NCBI GenBank assembly: GCA_900757205.1
Contig: CAAENA010000090.1
Coordinates: 1,708-65,707, forward strand
From: an uncultured Collinsella sp.
GTDB taxonomy: Bacteria > Actinomycetota > Coriobacteriia > Coriobacteriales > Coriobacteriaceae
Length of the DNA stretch: 64,000 nucleotides
Direction of reading: 5' to 3'
Below are positions 27,986 to 37,362 of the stretch, piece by piece. The number at the start of each line of letters is the position of its first letter. Position 1 is the stretch's first letter. The position numbers and the translations under genes were made by a program. Below the pieces are notes generated by a model. The model saw only the letters and a program-made list of their open reading frames with translations, was not told the DNA's origin and searched no databases.

Positions 27986-28026
27986 AAAAACCACCACAAA
28001 GGGGACAGGCACCTTTGTAGTGGTTT
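27986..28026. repeat. REP-like palindrome, family A copy 5
   Basis: AAAAACCACCACAAAGG-GGACAGGCA-CCTTTGTAGTGGTTT. Confidence 0.85.
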
Positions 28027-28055
28027 GGGGCATCGAGTTTGATCCGCAGACTTCG

Positions 28056-28775
28056 CTACAGCCCCACGCAAGGATTGTCGCGGGTCACAAGCGTTTTAAC
28101 GACAACCGTCGCTCCCAGATAGCGCTCGAGCAGCTCGGCTAAGCGATCGATTGCGGCCTGGCAATCCCCCATCCGCTCGGGCTCCACGCACTCAATCGCC
28201 AGGAACGCATCGGCCGAATCATCGGACAGTGCCGTTCGAACGCCGTCGCGCCAGTTCCAGCAGCGGCACACGGCGCCTGCATCGTCGATATAGGCGAGCT
28301 CGCCGGGCAGCGTCGGGTCATCCGCTTCCTCGCCAAGAGGCAGGAACGCATCGCCACCGTCGGTCACCTTCAAGCGAAGGTCACCCTCGATCGCATGCAA
28401 ATCCTCGCCTCCCACGGGCAGCGCGTAGGTCAGCGACACCGTGTTGTAGATGTCCACCGCGGACGTAATGTGGCCCACCGGCTTGCCTTTGAGCACGCGT
28501 TTGAGCAGGTTCTCGATTGAGCAACGCGCGCCCTTTTTGGTCTTGAACAGACGGTACGCGTCACGCCATGCCTTGACCGGTGCGTTCTCGCTGATAGTAT
28601 CGCTGGTCAGATGGCGCTCCGCGTCGATATTGGCGCGGTCAAGCAGCGCGGCAATCGCATCCACGTCCTCCTGGGGTATCTGGGCCGCGGGCTTCATGCC
28701 CTTTACGACCACAACGCCGATAGCCGCCTGCGGAAACAGCTCCCAAAACGAATTCTCGGCAACAAAGCCCTTCAT
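28056..28775 (-). CDS. B3/4 domain protein
   Basis: AWRDAY...SIENLLKRV, VDIYNTVSL, PVGGEDL and CRCWNWRD. Confidence 0.85.
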   Translation of the reverse strand: MKGFVAENSFWELFPQAAIGVVVVKGMKPAAQIPQEDVDAIAALLDRANIDAERHLTSDTISENAPVKAWRDAYRLFKTKKGARCSIENLLKRVLKGKPVGHITSAVDIYNTVSLTYALPVGGEDLHAIEGDLRLKVTDGGDAFLPLGEEADDPTLPGELAYIDDAGAVCRCWNWRDGVRTALSDDSADAFLAIECVEPERMGDCQAAIDRLAELLERYLGATVVVKTLVTRDNPCVGL

Positions 28776-28943
28776 ACGTGCTCCCTTCACGATTCGCCCC
28801 ACGCGAGCGTCTAAACAAAAAGCGCTCTCACAGCGGCCACCTTCAAAGTCCTACGGTGCCGCCACAAGAGCGCTTACGCTGTCCCCATCCGGAGAAGGGG
28901 ACGATATGTCAGGCGTATTGTAACCCGAGTCATCCGCGCGAGC

Positions 28944-28980
28944 AAAACCACCACAAAGGTGTCCCCTTTATGGTGGTTTT
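28944..28980. repeat. REP-like palindrome, family A copy 6 (shortened loop)
   Basis: AAAACCACCACAAAGG-TGTCC-CCTTTATGGTGGTTTT. Confidence 0.85.
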
Positions 28981-28995
28981 GGGTCTGAAGCAACG

Positions 28996-30666
28996 TTAGT
29001 GTCGGAGTCCCAGCAGGCCGCGGCCGCGATGACGGGCGTCGGCGTGCACCTGAGCGTGCGGACCGGCGGCCTTGACGGACTCGGGCAGGTGCGAGTACTT
29101 CTTCTCGAAGTTCTCCTCGAACATCACGGCCAGGTTGTGCGCTGCCTCGTCGTAGCGAGCGGTGCTCTGCCAGTACTGGCGCGGCACCAGAATGCCGTCG
29201 GGCACACCGTGGCACGTGGTGGGAATGTCGACGTTAAAGATATCGTCATGCACGAACTCGCTGTCCTCGATGGTACCGTCGAGGGCACGGGCCACCAGGG
29301 CGCGCGTGTAGGCAAGCTCGATGCGATGGCCCACGCCATAACCGCCGCCGATCCAGCCGGTGTTGACCAGATAGACGCGGGTGCGACCGTCGGCGATGCG
29401 CTCGCCGAGCATCTTAGCGTAGACCATGGGGTCGAGCGGCATAAACGGCTCGCCAAACAGCGAAGAGAACGTGGGTGTGGGCTCGGTGACGCCGACCTCG
29501 GTGCCGGGAATCTTGGCCGTAAAGCCCGTCACAAAGTGATACATGGCGGCGTCGGCCGTCAGGCGCGAGATGGGCGGCAGCACGCCAAAGGCGTCGCAGG
29601 TCAAAAACAGCACGACGCTTGGGGTGGTGCCCATGCCCTTGGTCCACGCGTTGGGGATATGCTCGACGGGATATGCCACGCGCGTGTTGTGCGTGACCGA
29701 GACGTCATCGTAGTTGGGCTTGCGATTCTCATCGAGCACCACGTTTTCACAGATGGCGCCAAAGCGAACGGCGTTGAAGATCTCGGGCTCGTGGAACACG
29801 TCCAGGCCCTCGCACTTGGCGTAGCAGCCGCCCTCGACGTTAAAGATGCCCATGTCGGACCAGCCGTGCTCGTCGTCGCCGATCAGCAGGCGCGTGGGGT
29901 TGGCCGAAAGCGTGGTCTTGCCGGTGCCGGACAGGCCAAAGAACACCGCGGTCTCGTGCGTGACGGGATCCATGCTGGCCGAGCAATGCATGGGCAGTAC
30001 GTCGTCCTCGACGGGCAGCAGGTAATTCATGACGCTGAAGATGGACTTTTTGATCTCGCCGGAGTAACCGGTGCCGGCAACCAGAATCACGCGCTCCTGG
30101 AAGTTGATGACCACGGCGGCGCTGGAGTTGAGGCCTTTGATGGCGGGATCGCACTGGTAGCCCGGCGCGGCGAGCACGCAGAAGTCCGGCTCGCCGGTGC
30201 GTGCGATTTCACGGGCAAGCGGGCGGGCGAGCATCTGCTTAATAAAGAGCGCCTGGCTGGCACGCTCGCAGGCGACAAGCAGACGACGCGTATGGTTGCG
30301 GTCGGCACCGGCCATACCGCGAGTGACGAACACGTCGCGCTCGTTGAGATAGTCGACGACGCCGGCCTTGATGGCCTCGTAGCTCTCGACAGACAGCGGG
30401 CGGTTGATGGCACCCCAGGCAATCTTGTCGTGAACATCGGGGGTGTCAACGATAAAGCGGTCATTAGGCGAGCGGCCAGTGCGCTCCCCCGTCTCGATCA
30501 CCAGCGCGCCGTTGGAGGCCATACGACCTTCGTTGCGACGGATGGCGTGCTCGACGAGCTCGGCTGCCGGCAGGTCGACCAGCAGGCGGGGCTGGTTCTC
30601 GGCGGGATCTTCGACCAGCGTAATGCCAAAGTTGGATAGAACTTCTGCAGGGGTAACACCAGGCAT
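28996..30666 (-). CDS. pckA: Phosphoenolpyruvate carboxykinase (ATP)
   Basis: TGRSPNDRF, YSGEIKK, FFGLSGTGKTTLS and LIGDDEHGW. AGGAGG RBS before ATG 30666. Confidence 0.95.
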   Translation of the reverse strand: MPGVTPAEVLSNFGITLVEDPAENQPRLLVDLPAAELVEHAIRRNEGRMASNGALVIETGERTGRSPNDRFIVDTPDVHDKIAWGAINRPLSVESYEAIKAGVVDYLNERDVFVTRGMAGADRNHTRRLLVACERASQALFIKQMLARPLAREIARTGEPDFCVLAAPGYQCDPAIKGLNSSAAVVINFQERVILVAGTGYSGEIKKSIFSVMNYLLPVEDDVLPMHCSASMDPVTHETAVFFGLSGTGKTTLSANPTRLLIGDDEHGWSDMGIFNVEGGCYAKCEGLDVFHEPEIFNAVRFGAICENVVLDENRKPNYDDVSVTHNTRVAYPVEHIPNAWTKGMGTTPSVVLFLTCDAFGVLPPISRLTADAAMYHFVTGFTAKIPGTEVGVTEPTPTFSSLFGEPFMPLDPMVYAKMLGERIADGRTRVYLVNTGWIGGGYGVGHRIELAYTRALVARALDGTIEDSEFVHDDIFNVDIPTTCHGVPDGILVPRQYWQSTARYDEAAHNLAVMFEENFEKKYSHLPESVKAAGPHAQVHADARHRGRGLLGLRH

Positions 30667-31017
30667 GGGGCCTCCTTTAAAAACGCGACACGTGGACGCG
30701 GCGCGCACTTTACTCACGTAAAGCCCGTTGTACCCGATATGCAAAAACGTTTTTGCGGCAAGGGCGAAGCGCCCGCCCAACGGTCAAAAATCGCACGCAA
30801 GCGGCCTAGTCATTGGGGATGTTCTTGAATGACTAGCTGTTGGGGACACTCTTGAACAGGCATCAACCAAGGAGTGCCCCTAGATGCCGGCACTTAGGGA
30901 CGTTCCCAAAGTGCCGGCTACTGAATGGCGCCGCCGAAATTATTGAACAACCTGGTCAAAAACACGAGTCGATACCACCGCGGCTATACTAGAGCACAGC
31001 AATAGAAAGGAATCGTC

Positions 31018-32592
31018 TTGAGCATCACGCCCCTCGATAGCATCCGCCGCACCATCGCCCGCCGCAACGGCGTCACCGACCCCACCGTATCGGGCGGGGC
31101 GCACGGGCAAGGCGGACGCATCGAGAACGGCCTGTTCCCCGCATCGCACACCGCCGAGGAGCTCGCACGAATCCAAGAGCTAAGCCAGCGTAACGCCGGC
31201 GGTCCCGACAGCAGCCAGACCACACGCCGTCGCCGTGAGCGCGATCGCCAACCCGGCCCCATCCGCCGCATGGTCAATGCCTGGTGGAACCGCCTGCTCG
31301 GAGCCGTCTACGGCGGCGGCTTCTCCACGCAAGAAGCCGAGTACGAAGATCACGCCACCCGTCGCGACTACCTTTGGAATACCCTGGGCACCGCCGTATG
31401 GGGCATGGCGTTTCCGCTGCTCACCATTGTGTCGACGCAGCTCGTGGGGGCCGAGGAAGCTGGCAAGTTCTCCATCGCCTTTGTCACCGGCACGCTCATC
31501 ATGATCGCGTGCAACTATGGCGTGCGCAACTTTCAGGTCTCGGACATCGACGAAACGACGTCCTTTGCCTCTTACCAGCTCAACCGCTGGCTTTGCGGAG
31601 CGCTCACCCTAGGCTGCGGCCTCATGTACAGCAGCGCCCGCGGCTACGATGCGCAGATGGCGACGATCGGCCTGGGCGTCTACCTCTATAAGGTAATCGA
31701 TGGCATCGCCGACGTGTACGAGGGCCGCCTGCAGCAGGCCGACAAGCTCTATTTGGCCGGCATGAGCCAAACGCTGCGTTCCGCCGGCGTCATCGCAGTC
31801 TTTAGCGTGGCGCTGTTCCTCACGCGCAGCATGCCCATCGCGGCTATGGCCATGGGTGTTACCGCGATTGCCTCGCTCGTGCTGGTCACCGCCCCGCTCG
31901 CCCTGCTCGAAACCGAAAAATCGCGCCGCGTGAGCCTGCGCGAGGCTGGCCACCTGTTTATCCAGTGCGCCCCGCTCTTTGGTGCGCTGTTCCTGTTCAA
32001 CCTAATCGAGAGCATGCCCAAGTTCGTGATGGAAGGCACGCTGGCCTACAAATATCAGCTGTACTTTAATGCACTGTTCTTTCCGGCGCAGGCTATTTTG
32101 CTGAGCGTCGGATTTATCTATAAACCGCAGCTTTTGCGTCTGTCGAGCATTTGGGCGAATCCGCGCAAGCGTCGCCGCTTTGACCTGATTATTGTTGCCG
32201 TTATGGCACTGATCGTGGTCATTACCGGAGCGTGCGCCGCATTTATGGCAGGCCCCGGCATTCCCCTCATGAGCTTTATGTACGGCCTCAACTTTGAGCG
32301 CTACCGCACATTGGCACTGCTAATGGTTGTCGCCGGCGGAGTCACCGCGGCAATCGACTTTATCTACGCCATCATCACGGTGTTGCGCCACGCCGGCGAT
32401 GTCACCAAGATCTACCTGATCTGCTTCGCCGTAAGCGTGGTGCTGCCGGTGATCCTGATTAAGCTGCTGGGTCTGATGGGCGCCGTGGTGAGCTACCTGG
32501 CGGTTATGGCCCTACTGCTGGTGTTGCTGATAATCGAGTACGCCCACATCCGCCAACGCATCGAACGCGACCGTAACCCATACGGCGCCTAA
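31018..32592 (+). CDS. Polysaccharide flippase-like (Wzx/MOP) membrane protein
   Basis: Many TM helices after a soluble N-terminus; NYGVRNFQVSD motif. AAAGGA RBS before TTG. Confidence 0.7.
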   Translation: MSITPLDSIRRTIARRNGVTDPTVSGGAHGQGGRIENGLFPASHTAEELARIQELSQRNAGGPDSSQTTRRRRERDRQPGPIRRMVNAWWNRLLGAVYGGGFSTQEAEYEDHATRRDYLWNTLGTAVWGMAFPLLTIVSTQLVGAEEAGKFSIAFVTGTLIMIACNYGVRNFQVSDIDETTSFASYQLNRWLCGALTLGCGLMYSSARGYDAQMATIGLGVYLYKVIDGIADVYEGRLQQADKLYLAGMSQTLRSAGVIAVFSVALFLTRSMPIAAMAMGVTAIASLVLVTAPLALLETEKSRRVSLREAGHLFIQCAPLFGALFLFNLIESMPKFVMEGTLAYKYQLYFNALFFPAQAILLSVGFIYKPQLLRLSSIWANPRKRRRFDLIIVAVMALIVVITGACAAFMAGPGIPLMSFMYGLNFERYRTLALLMVVAGGVTAAIDFIYAIITVLRHAGDVTKIYLICFAVSVVLPVILIKLLGLMGAVVSYLAVMALLLVLLIIEYAHIRQRIERDRNPYGA

Positions 32593-32638
32593 TTAGCTGC
32601 CCCCGGTCACCGGAATTAACGATGGAATCACCCCGGCT

Positions 32639-32804
32639 GGGGTCTCGTTGCGGACGATTTGCGACACGCAAAACTAAGTGAGTAGACTTTTGCCGAATCC
32701 CTGACCACACCGGCAAAACACAAGTCAGTGACCTGCGGCTTTGTTGAGACAAATTTGCCGGCTGGTCGACATTTCCAAAAAAGTCTACTCACTTAGCCAG
32801 CGGG
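32639..32804. repeat. Dispersed ~165 bp element with a 123 bp inverted-repeat core, copy 1
   Basis: CTAAGTGAGTAGACTTTT (32674) ... AAAAGTCTACTCACTTAG (32796), central GTGACCTGCGG. Homologous to 35731-35896. Confidence 0.85.
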
Positions 32805-32908
32805 CAGCCAAATGATTATTTAATCCCCGTCCCAGAAAAATCATTTGGTTGGCAGAAGGGCAAAAGCAGTCAAAAAAGCCCGTCCCAAATTAGCGACCCC
32901 TTGCGCCA

Positions 32909-33748
32909 TCATTCTCCAGGCTTGATATTTGCGTAGAACTCCGCACCATCATCGAGCCGCAGGATCCCAACGCGGCCAAACTCCGACCCAGTGGCGGCGG
33001 CGCAGTCGATGTCGATGCGATCGGGCACACCGGCGGTATCCTCGCCGCCCAGGCGCACAATCTGCCCGCGACCCGACTCCTCATCGAGCCCCGCCAGGCC
33101 GCCCACCTCGCAATAACGCCCGAGCGACACCGTGGGCGTGTGGCCGCTCACCACGACCGGGCCCTTGCCGTCGGCAGAAAGAAGCCCCGTCGGCGCATCC
33201 CAATAGCCGTGACGAATCCACAGCAAGTCATCGGACGACTGCACCGCAAGCATCTGCTGCAGCAGTTCGCAATCGGCGCCAACCGCTCCGGCACCATCGG
33301 CACAATCAACCCCGTGTTCAAGCAAAAACGCACGCGCCGCCTCGGTCTGGATGCCGGCATGCACCAGCAGGTACGGACGCTCGTCAGTCTCGGCCACCGC
33401 GTAGAGCGGCAGCGTCGCCATCCAACGCACGAGCTCCTCGTACGCCTCAAATTCCATGTCGTTGAGCTGCTGACGGGTAGTCCAACCGCCGTTGATATCC
33501 CAGGTCTCGGCATCGAGCGGATCCTGGCCAATGATGGCGTCGAGCATGATCTGCTCGTGATTGCCCTTGAGCACGCGAGCGTTGGGTAGCGAGCGCACGA
33601 GCTTAATAACGCCAACCGGATCGGGCCCGCGATCGATCATGTCACCCAGCACGTACAGCGTATCGTCGGACGCCAGCGAAATCTTGGACAGGGCCTCGTC
33701 AAGCGCACGCACGTGCCCGTGAGCATCAGATGTCACATAGATCGCCAT
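32909..33748 (-). CDS. Metallophosphoesterase (Ser/Thr phosphatase-like)
   Basis: SDAHG, LGDMIDRG, GNHE, VHAG and GHTP. Confidence 0.9.
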   Translation of the reverse strand: MAIYVTSDAHGHVRALDEALSKISLASDDTLYVLGDMIDRGPDPVGVIKLVRSLPNARVLKGNHEQIMLDAIIGQDPLDAETWDINGGWTTRQQLNDMEFEAYEELVRWMATLPLYAVAETDERPYLLVHAGIQTEAARAFLLEHGVDCADGAGAVGADCELLQQMLAVQSSDDLLWIRHGYWDAPTGLLSADGKGPVVVSGHTPTVSLGRYCEVGGLAGLDEESGRGQIVRLGGEDTAGVPDRIDIDCAAATGSEFGRVGILRLDDGAEFYANIKPGE

Positions 33749-34073
33749 GGAACGCCTCTCTTTACATTGCAGCCGAAGCCCGGAGCCGCAACTAAAACTT
33801 CAAGTTGAACTTAAACGTTACCCATTGTACTCCGTTGCAATAAAGCTGGAAAGGGTCGCATACCGTCAACGGTCGCCAGCGCACGCCTGCCAACCCGCGC
33901 CGCTCACGCCACGCCGTCTGGCCCAGCGCCCCGACCAGCGACGCTCGCATCGCAGCCTCGTGTCGAAAATGCGCACGCCCGCAATCCAGGCCCATAAACC
34001 CACCATCTTTGGGTACAAATAAACGCAGATAACTGACCGTGCCACGCCAACCACCCAGGAGCGGACACTATCC

Positions 34074-35675
34074 ATGAACCAGATCCTTCTTTTTATCGGC
34101 CTCGTCATCATTTTGTGCCTGACCATCAAGCCCGTCGGCAAAAAGCTCCCCTTCCCCACCCTGCTCATCTTTATCGCACTCGGCATGCTGCTGGGCGTCA
34201 ACGGTCCGGCGCACATCAACTTTAGCGACTATGCGCTCACCGAAACCGTCTGCGGCACGGCGCTGCTGTTCATCATGTTCTACGGCGGCTTTAACACCAA
34301 CATCGACCGTGCCAAACCTGTCGCCGCGCCTGCGGTGCTGCTGAGCACGCTCGGTGTCGTCATCACTGCTGGCATTACGGGTGCGTTTGCGCACTTTGTA
34401 CTGGGCTTCGACTGGATCGGCGGCCTGCTACTGGGCTCGGTCGTGGCGTCGACCGACGCGGCGAGCGTCTTTAGCGTGCTGCGCGAGCACAACCTGTCGC
34501 TAAAGGGCGGCACCGACTCGCTGCTCGAGGTCGAATCGGGCTCTAACGACCCCGTCGCCTACATGCTCACCGCGGTGCTCGCGACCCTTGCGGCGGGCGG
34601 CAATATCGACATTCCCGTGCTGCTGGCCAAGCAGATCATCCTGGGCGTGGGGCTGGGCCTTGCCATCGGCTGGACATCCAGCCGTCTGATTGAGCGCGCA
34701 CACGCAACGGCCGAGGGGGCGCAGACTATCTTTTTGTTCGCCGTGGCGATCGTCGCCTACGCACTGCCGAGCTATCTGGGTGGCAACGGCTTTTTGGCCG
34801 TATACCTGGCAGGCATTGTGCTGGGTGCGAGCGACATCACCGGCAAGGTCGAGATGGCGCACTTCTTCGATACCCTCACCGAGATGGCCGAGATGACCAT
34901 CTTCTTTTTGCTCGGCCTGCTCGTCACACCCGCCCGCCTGCCGCAAATGCTGCCACCGGGCCTGGCACTCATGGCGTTTATGCTCTTTGCGAGCCGCCCC
35001 ATCGCCGTCGGCCTGCTGTTGGCGCCGTTTAGGACCAACCCTCGCCAGGTCGCACTCGTAAGCTGGGCGGGTCTGCGCGGCGCGGCTTCGGTCGTATTTA
35101 GCCTCTTTGCCGTAGTGGCCGGTGTTCCCGGTGGACATGACCTATTTGACCTGGTCTTTGTAATTGCCGTATCGAGCATCGTGGTGCAGGGCTCGCTGCT
35201 GCCGGCGGTGGCGAAAAAGCTCAACATGATCGACGCAGAAGGCGACGTGCGTCGCACGTTTAACGACTACCGCGACGAAGACGGCATGTCGTTCGTTAAG
35301 CTCAAGGTGGAAGCTGGACATCCGTTTGCCGGGCGCTCGCTTGCCGATATTGGCAGCGCTACGAACATGCTCGTCGTCCTGGTGCTGCGCGATGGCGCGC
35401 ACCCGGTGCTGCCCAACGGCGATACCGTGATCGAGGAAGGCGACCTTCTGGTTATGGCTGCGCCGACGTTTGAAGAGCGTGCCGAGGTTACGCTGCGCGA
35501 GGTCACCGTGACGCCCCACGGCCGCTTAGCTGGACAGCGTCTGCGCGACGTGCCGCAAGGCAAGCACCCGTTTATCGTGGTGATGCTCAAGCGCGGCGGT
35601 CAAACCATCATCCCCGACGGCGACACCCTCATATACGCCGGCGACGAAGCCGTCATCGCCACGCTGGCGTCGTAG
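34074..35675 (+). CDS. K+/H+ antiporter (NhaP2/CvrA-like) with two TrkA-C domains
   Basis: STDAASVFSVL, LEVESGSNDPVAY, SWAGLRGA and C-terminal RCK_C repeats. Confidence 0.9.
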   Translation: MNQILLFIGLVIILCLTIKPVGKKLPFPTLLIFIALGMLLGVNGPAHINFSDYALTETVCGTALLFIMFYGGFNTNIDRAKPVAAPAVLLSTLGVVITAGITGAFAHFVLGFDWIGGLLLGSVVASTDAASVFSVLREHNLSLKGGTDSLLEVESGSNDPVAYMLTAVLATLAAGGNIDIPVLLAKQIILGVGLGLAIGWTSSRLIERAHATAEGAQTIFLFAVAIVAYALPSYLGGNGFLAVYLAGIVLGASDITGKVEMAHFFDTLTEMAEMTIFFLLGLLVTPARLPQMLPPGLALMAFMLFASRPIAVGLLLAPFRTNPRQVALVSWAGLRGAASVVFSLFAVVAGVPGGHDLFDLVFVIAVSSIVVQGSLLPAVAKKLNMIDAEGDVRRTFNDYRDEDGMSFVKLKVEAGHPFAGRSLADIGSATNMLVVLVLRDGAHPVLPNGDTVIEEGDLLVMAAPTFEERAEVTLREVTVTPHGRLAGQRLRDVPQGKHPFIVVMLKRGGQTIIPDGDTLIYAGDEAVIATLAS

Positions 35676-35730
35676 CGACCAGGGACAGCCGTCCCGTATT
35701 GGCTACATTTGAGCATCAATCGCCCCGACA

Positions 35731-35896
35731 GGGGTCTCGTTGAGGACAGTTAGTGTCTCTCAAGACCAAGTGAGTAGGCTTTTGTCGAATCGCCGACCAC
35801 GTCACCAAAGCACAAGTCTGTGACCTGCAGGTTTGTTGAAGAAAAGACTTCGGGTGCTCAGCATTTCCAAAAAAGCCTACTCACTTAGCCGGCGGG
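35731..35896. repeat. Dispersed ~165 bp element with a 123 bp inverted-repeat core, copy 2
   Basis: CAAGTGAGTAGGCTTTT ... AAAAGCCTACTCACTTAG, with a compensatory change relative to copy 1. Central GTGACCTGCAG. Confidence 0.85.
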
Positions 35897-35992
35897 TGGC
35901 CATAATAGAACCGCCGCGACGTCGTTGGACTCCGTTGCGACGGTTTATCATGCATTTTCGCACAGCCGTGGGCACAAACACCCCGTCGCCCC

Positions 35993-36023
35993 ATATGACA
36001 AAGGGGCAGTCCCTTTGTCACAT
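35993..36023. repeat. REP-like palindrome variant at the island's left edge
   Basis: ATATGACAAAGG-GGCAGTC-CCTTTGTCACAT shares the ACAAAGG..CCTTTGT core of family A. Confidence 0.6.
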
Positions 36024-36030
36024 TAAATAG

Positions 36031-36069
36031 AACTTCAGCAAGAAGCTGAGGAAAAAGAAGACCGAATGA
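36031..36069 (+). pseudogene. Possible 3' remnant of a second DUF3800 gene
   Basis: Reads NFSKKLRKKKTE*, resembling the basic C-terminus of the intact gene (FKKGLLKEIRKKAVV*). Sits directly before RNA unit A. Very short. Confidence 0.35.
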
Positions 36070-36103
36070 GCCACCGCTCGCATCGCAACCATGGTATAAA
36101 TGG

Positions 36104-36164
36104 ATTGCGCTCCATTATGGAGGGCAGTCAAGGGCCGGGGGATCCCCCCGGCATTTTTGTTTTT
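36104..36164 (+). ncRNA. DUF3800-associated two-hairpin RNA unit A
   Basis: TGGTATAAA box (36092-36100), hairpin ATTGC-G-CTCCA-TTA-TGGAG-G-GCAGT, CAAG linker, GCCGGGGG..CCCCCGGC and a T run. Confidence 0.65.
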
Positions 36165-36232
36165 AGGTCAACAGGAAATCGAGCGAAATGTCTCGTGTAG
36201 ACCCGACATGCGGTTTCTGTTATAAAGATGTC

Positions 36233-36288
36233 GGTACCCTCGAATAGAGGGGCCTCCAAGAGCCGGGGTCTTACCTCCGGCATTTTTT
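36233..36288 (+). ncRNA. DUF3800-associated two-hairpin RNA unit B
   Basis: TGTTATAAA box (36218-36226), hairpin GGT-A-CCCTC-GAATA-GAGGG-GCC, TCCAAG linker, GCCGGGG..CTCCGGC and a T run. Confidence 0.65.
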
Positions 36289-36309
36289 ATGCAATACGAG
36301 GCCTGCCCA

Positions 36310-36984
36310 TTAGACGACAGCCTTCTTTCTTATTTCTTTTAGTAAGCCTTTTTTAAACGCAGTACTACCACCAAAAAACTTCTGGTCAGTATTAGTCTGC
36401 TTATTCGCCTGATATTTCAGACTCGTGAACTCAATGGTACAGATATAGTCCGCAGCCTGAGCCAAATAGTAATCCGATGAAGTTGTCGGCTTATAGATAA
36501 CTGCATTTTTAGCCAAAGCGTAATCGATTGCCTTGTGAAGCGCACTCGAAACCGAACCCTGTCCTCCGTCGTAGTAAATCTTCACAGCATCAAACTGCTG
36601 AAACCAACTCAAATTATCGAATATGAAATCGATGATTTCACGCCGCATCGCATCAGCGATCTGTTTGAGAGTTCGATACCGATGCGTCTTGAATACAAAC
36701 ACCTTGTACGAGATGGGCAAATGTCGAAACATAACTCGAAATAGTGAAAACAGCCTTTTTCTCTCACTGATGTCCAAGTCCTTGAACTGATCTTTTCCAT
36801 TCATGAGAGGAGAAGCATGGAACGGAAGGAGCGGCAATCCGCTATCGGCTACCGCCCTTTCATATTTCTCTATTCCCTCAGCGATGGGAATATTTTGTTC
36901 ATGAAAAACAAAGGCAACCAGATAGTATTTTTCACGAAGATCATCGCTTCCAGATTCATCAATAAAGATACTCAGCTCTCGCAT
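36310..36984 (-). CDS. DUF3800 domain protein
   Basis: LSIFIDESG N-terminal motif, YYDGGQ and LAQAADYIC. AT-rich. AAGGA RBS before ATG 36984. Confidence 0.8.
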   Translation of the reverse strand: MRELSIFIDESGSDDLREKYYLVAFVFHEQNIPIAEGIEKYERAVADSGLPLLPFHASPLMNGKDQFKDLDISERKRLFSLFRVMFRHLPISYKVFVFKTHRYRTLKQIADAMRREIIDFIFDNLSWFQQFDAVKIYYDGGQGSVSSALHKAIDYALAKNAVIYKPTTSSDYYLAQAADYICTIEFTSLKYQANKQTNTDQKFFGGSTAFKKGLLKEIRKKAVV

Positions 36985-36998
36985 GGGCAATCCTTAAT

Positions 36999-37054
36999 AA
37001 AAAAGCCGGGGAAAACGTCCCCGGCACTTGGAAGCCCTCTCTTAAGAGATGACC
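36999..37054 (-). ncRNA. DUF3800-associated two-hairpin RNA unit C (leader of the DUF3800 gene)
   Basis: On the minus strand: TGGTATAAA (37069-37061), hairpin GGTC-A-TCTC-TTAA-GAGA-G-GGCT, TCCAAG linker, GCCGGGGA..TCCCCGGC and TTTTTT ending ~14 nt before the ATG. Confidence 0.65.
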
Positions 37055-37139
37055 ACCTAATTTATACCATGAAGTTGGACGTATATTCAAGCATGAGTAT
37101 AAAATACAAACATATGTTCGTCAATAGCAAAGGTGACCA

Positions 37140-37337
37140 TCATTCAGCGTCGCCATCGACAGCAAAGTCGCGGAGGTCGAGGCCTTCGCGCTCGGCTCGG
37201 GCTAGCAGCTCTTGGGGCGACTCGTCCTCGATATCCACTACGTCGAGCATGGCAGCCGGAAAACCCACGCCGGCTGCACTCCCCGCACGGTCGATCATAC
37301 TCTCGCGCAGCTGGTCAACATTAATGTCGATTTTCAT
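37140..37337 (-). CDS. Small acidic hypothetical protein (65 aa)
   Basis: AGGGGG RBS and normal codon usage; co-oriented downstream of BREX. Confidence 0.7.
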   Translation of the reverse strand: MKIDINVDQLRESMIDRAGSAAGVGFPAAMLDVVDIEDESPQELLARAEREGLDLRDFAVDGDAE

Positions 37338-37362
37338 GGTGACCCCCTACCGGATCAGGCCC

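Noticed and set aside
14557..28980. Repeated palindromes considered as a CRISPR array
   Set aside because: Dispersed, with no regular spacers and no cas genes.
33942..36088. 13-bp repeat CGCTCGCATCGCA on both sides of the antiporter gene
   Set aside because: Short and GC-rich, with no mobility gene; cannot be told apart from chance.
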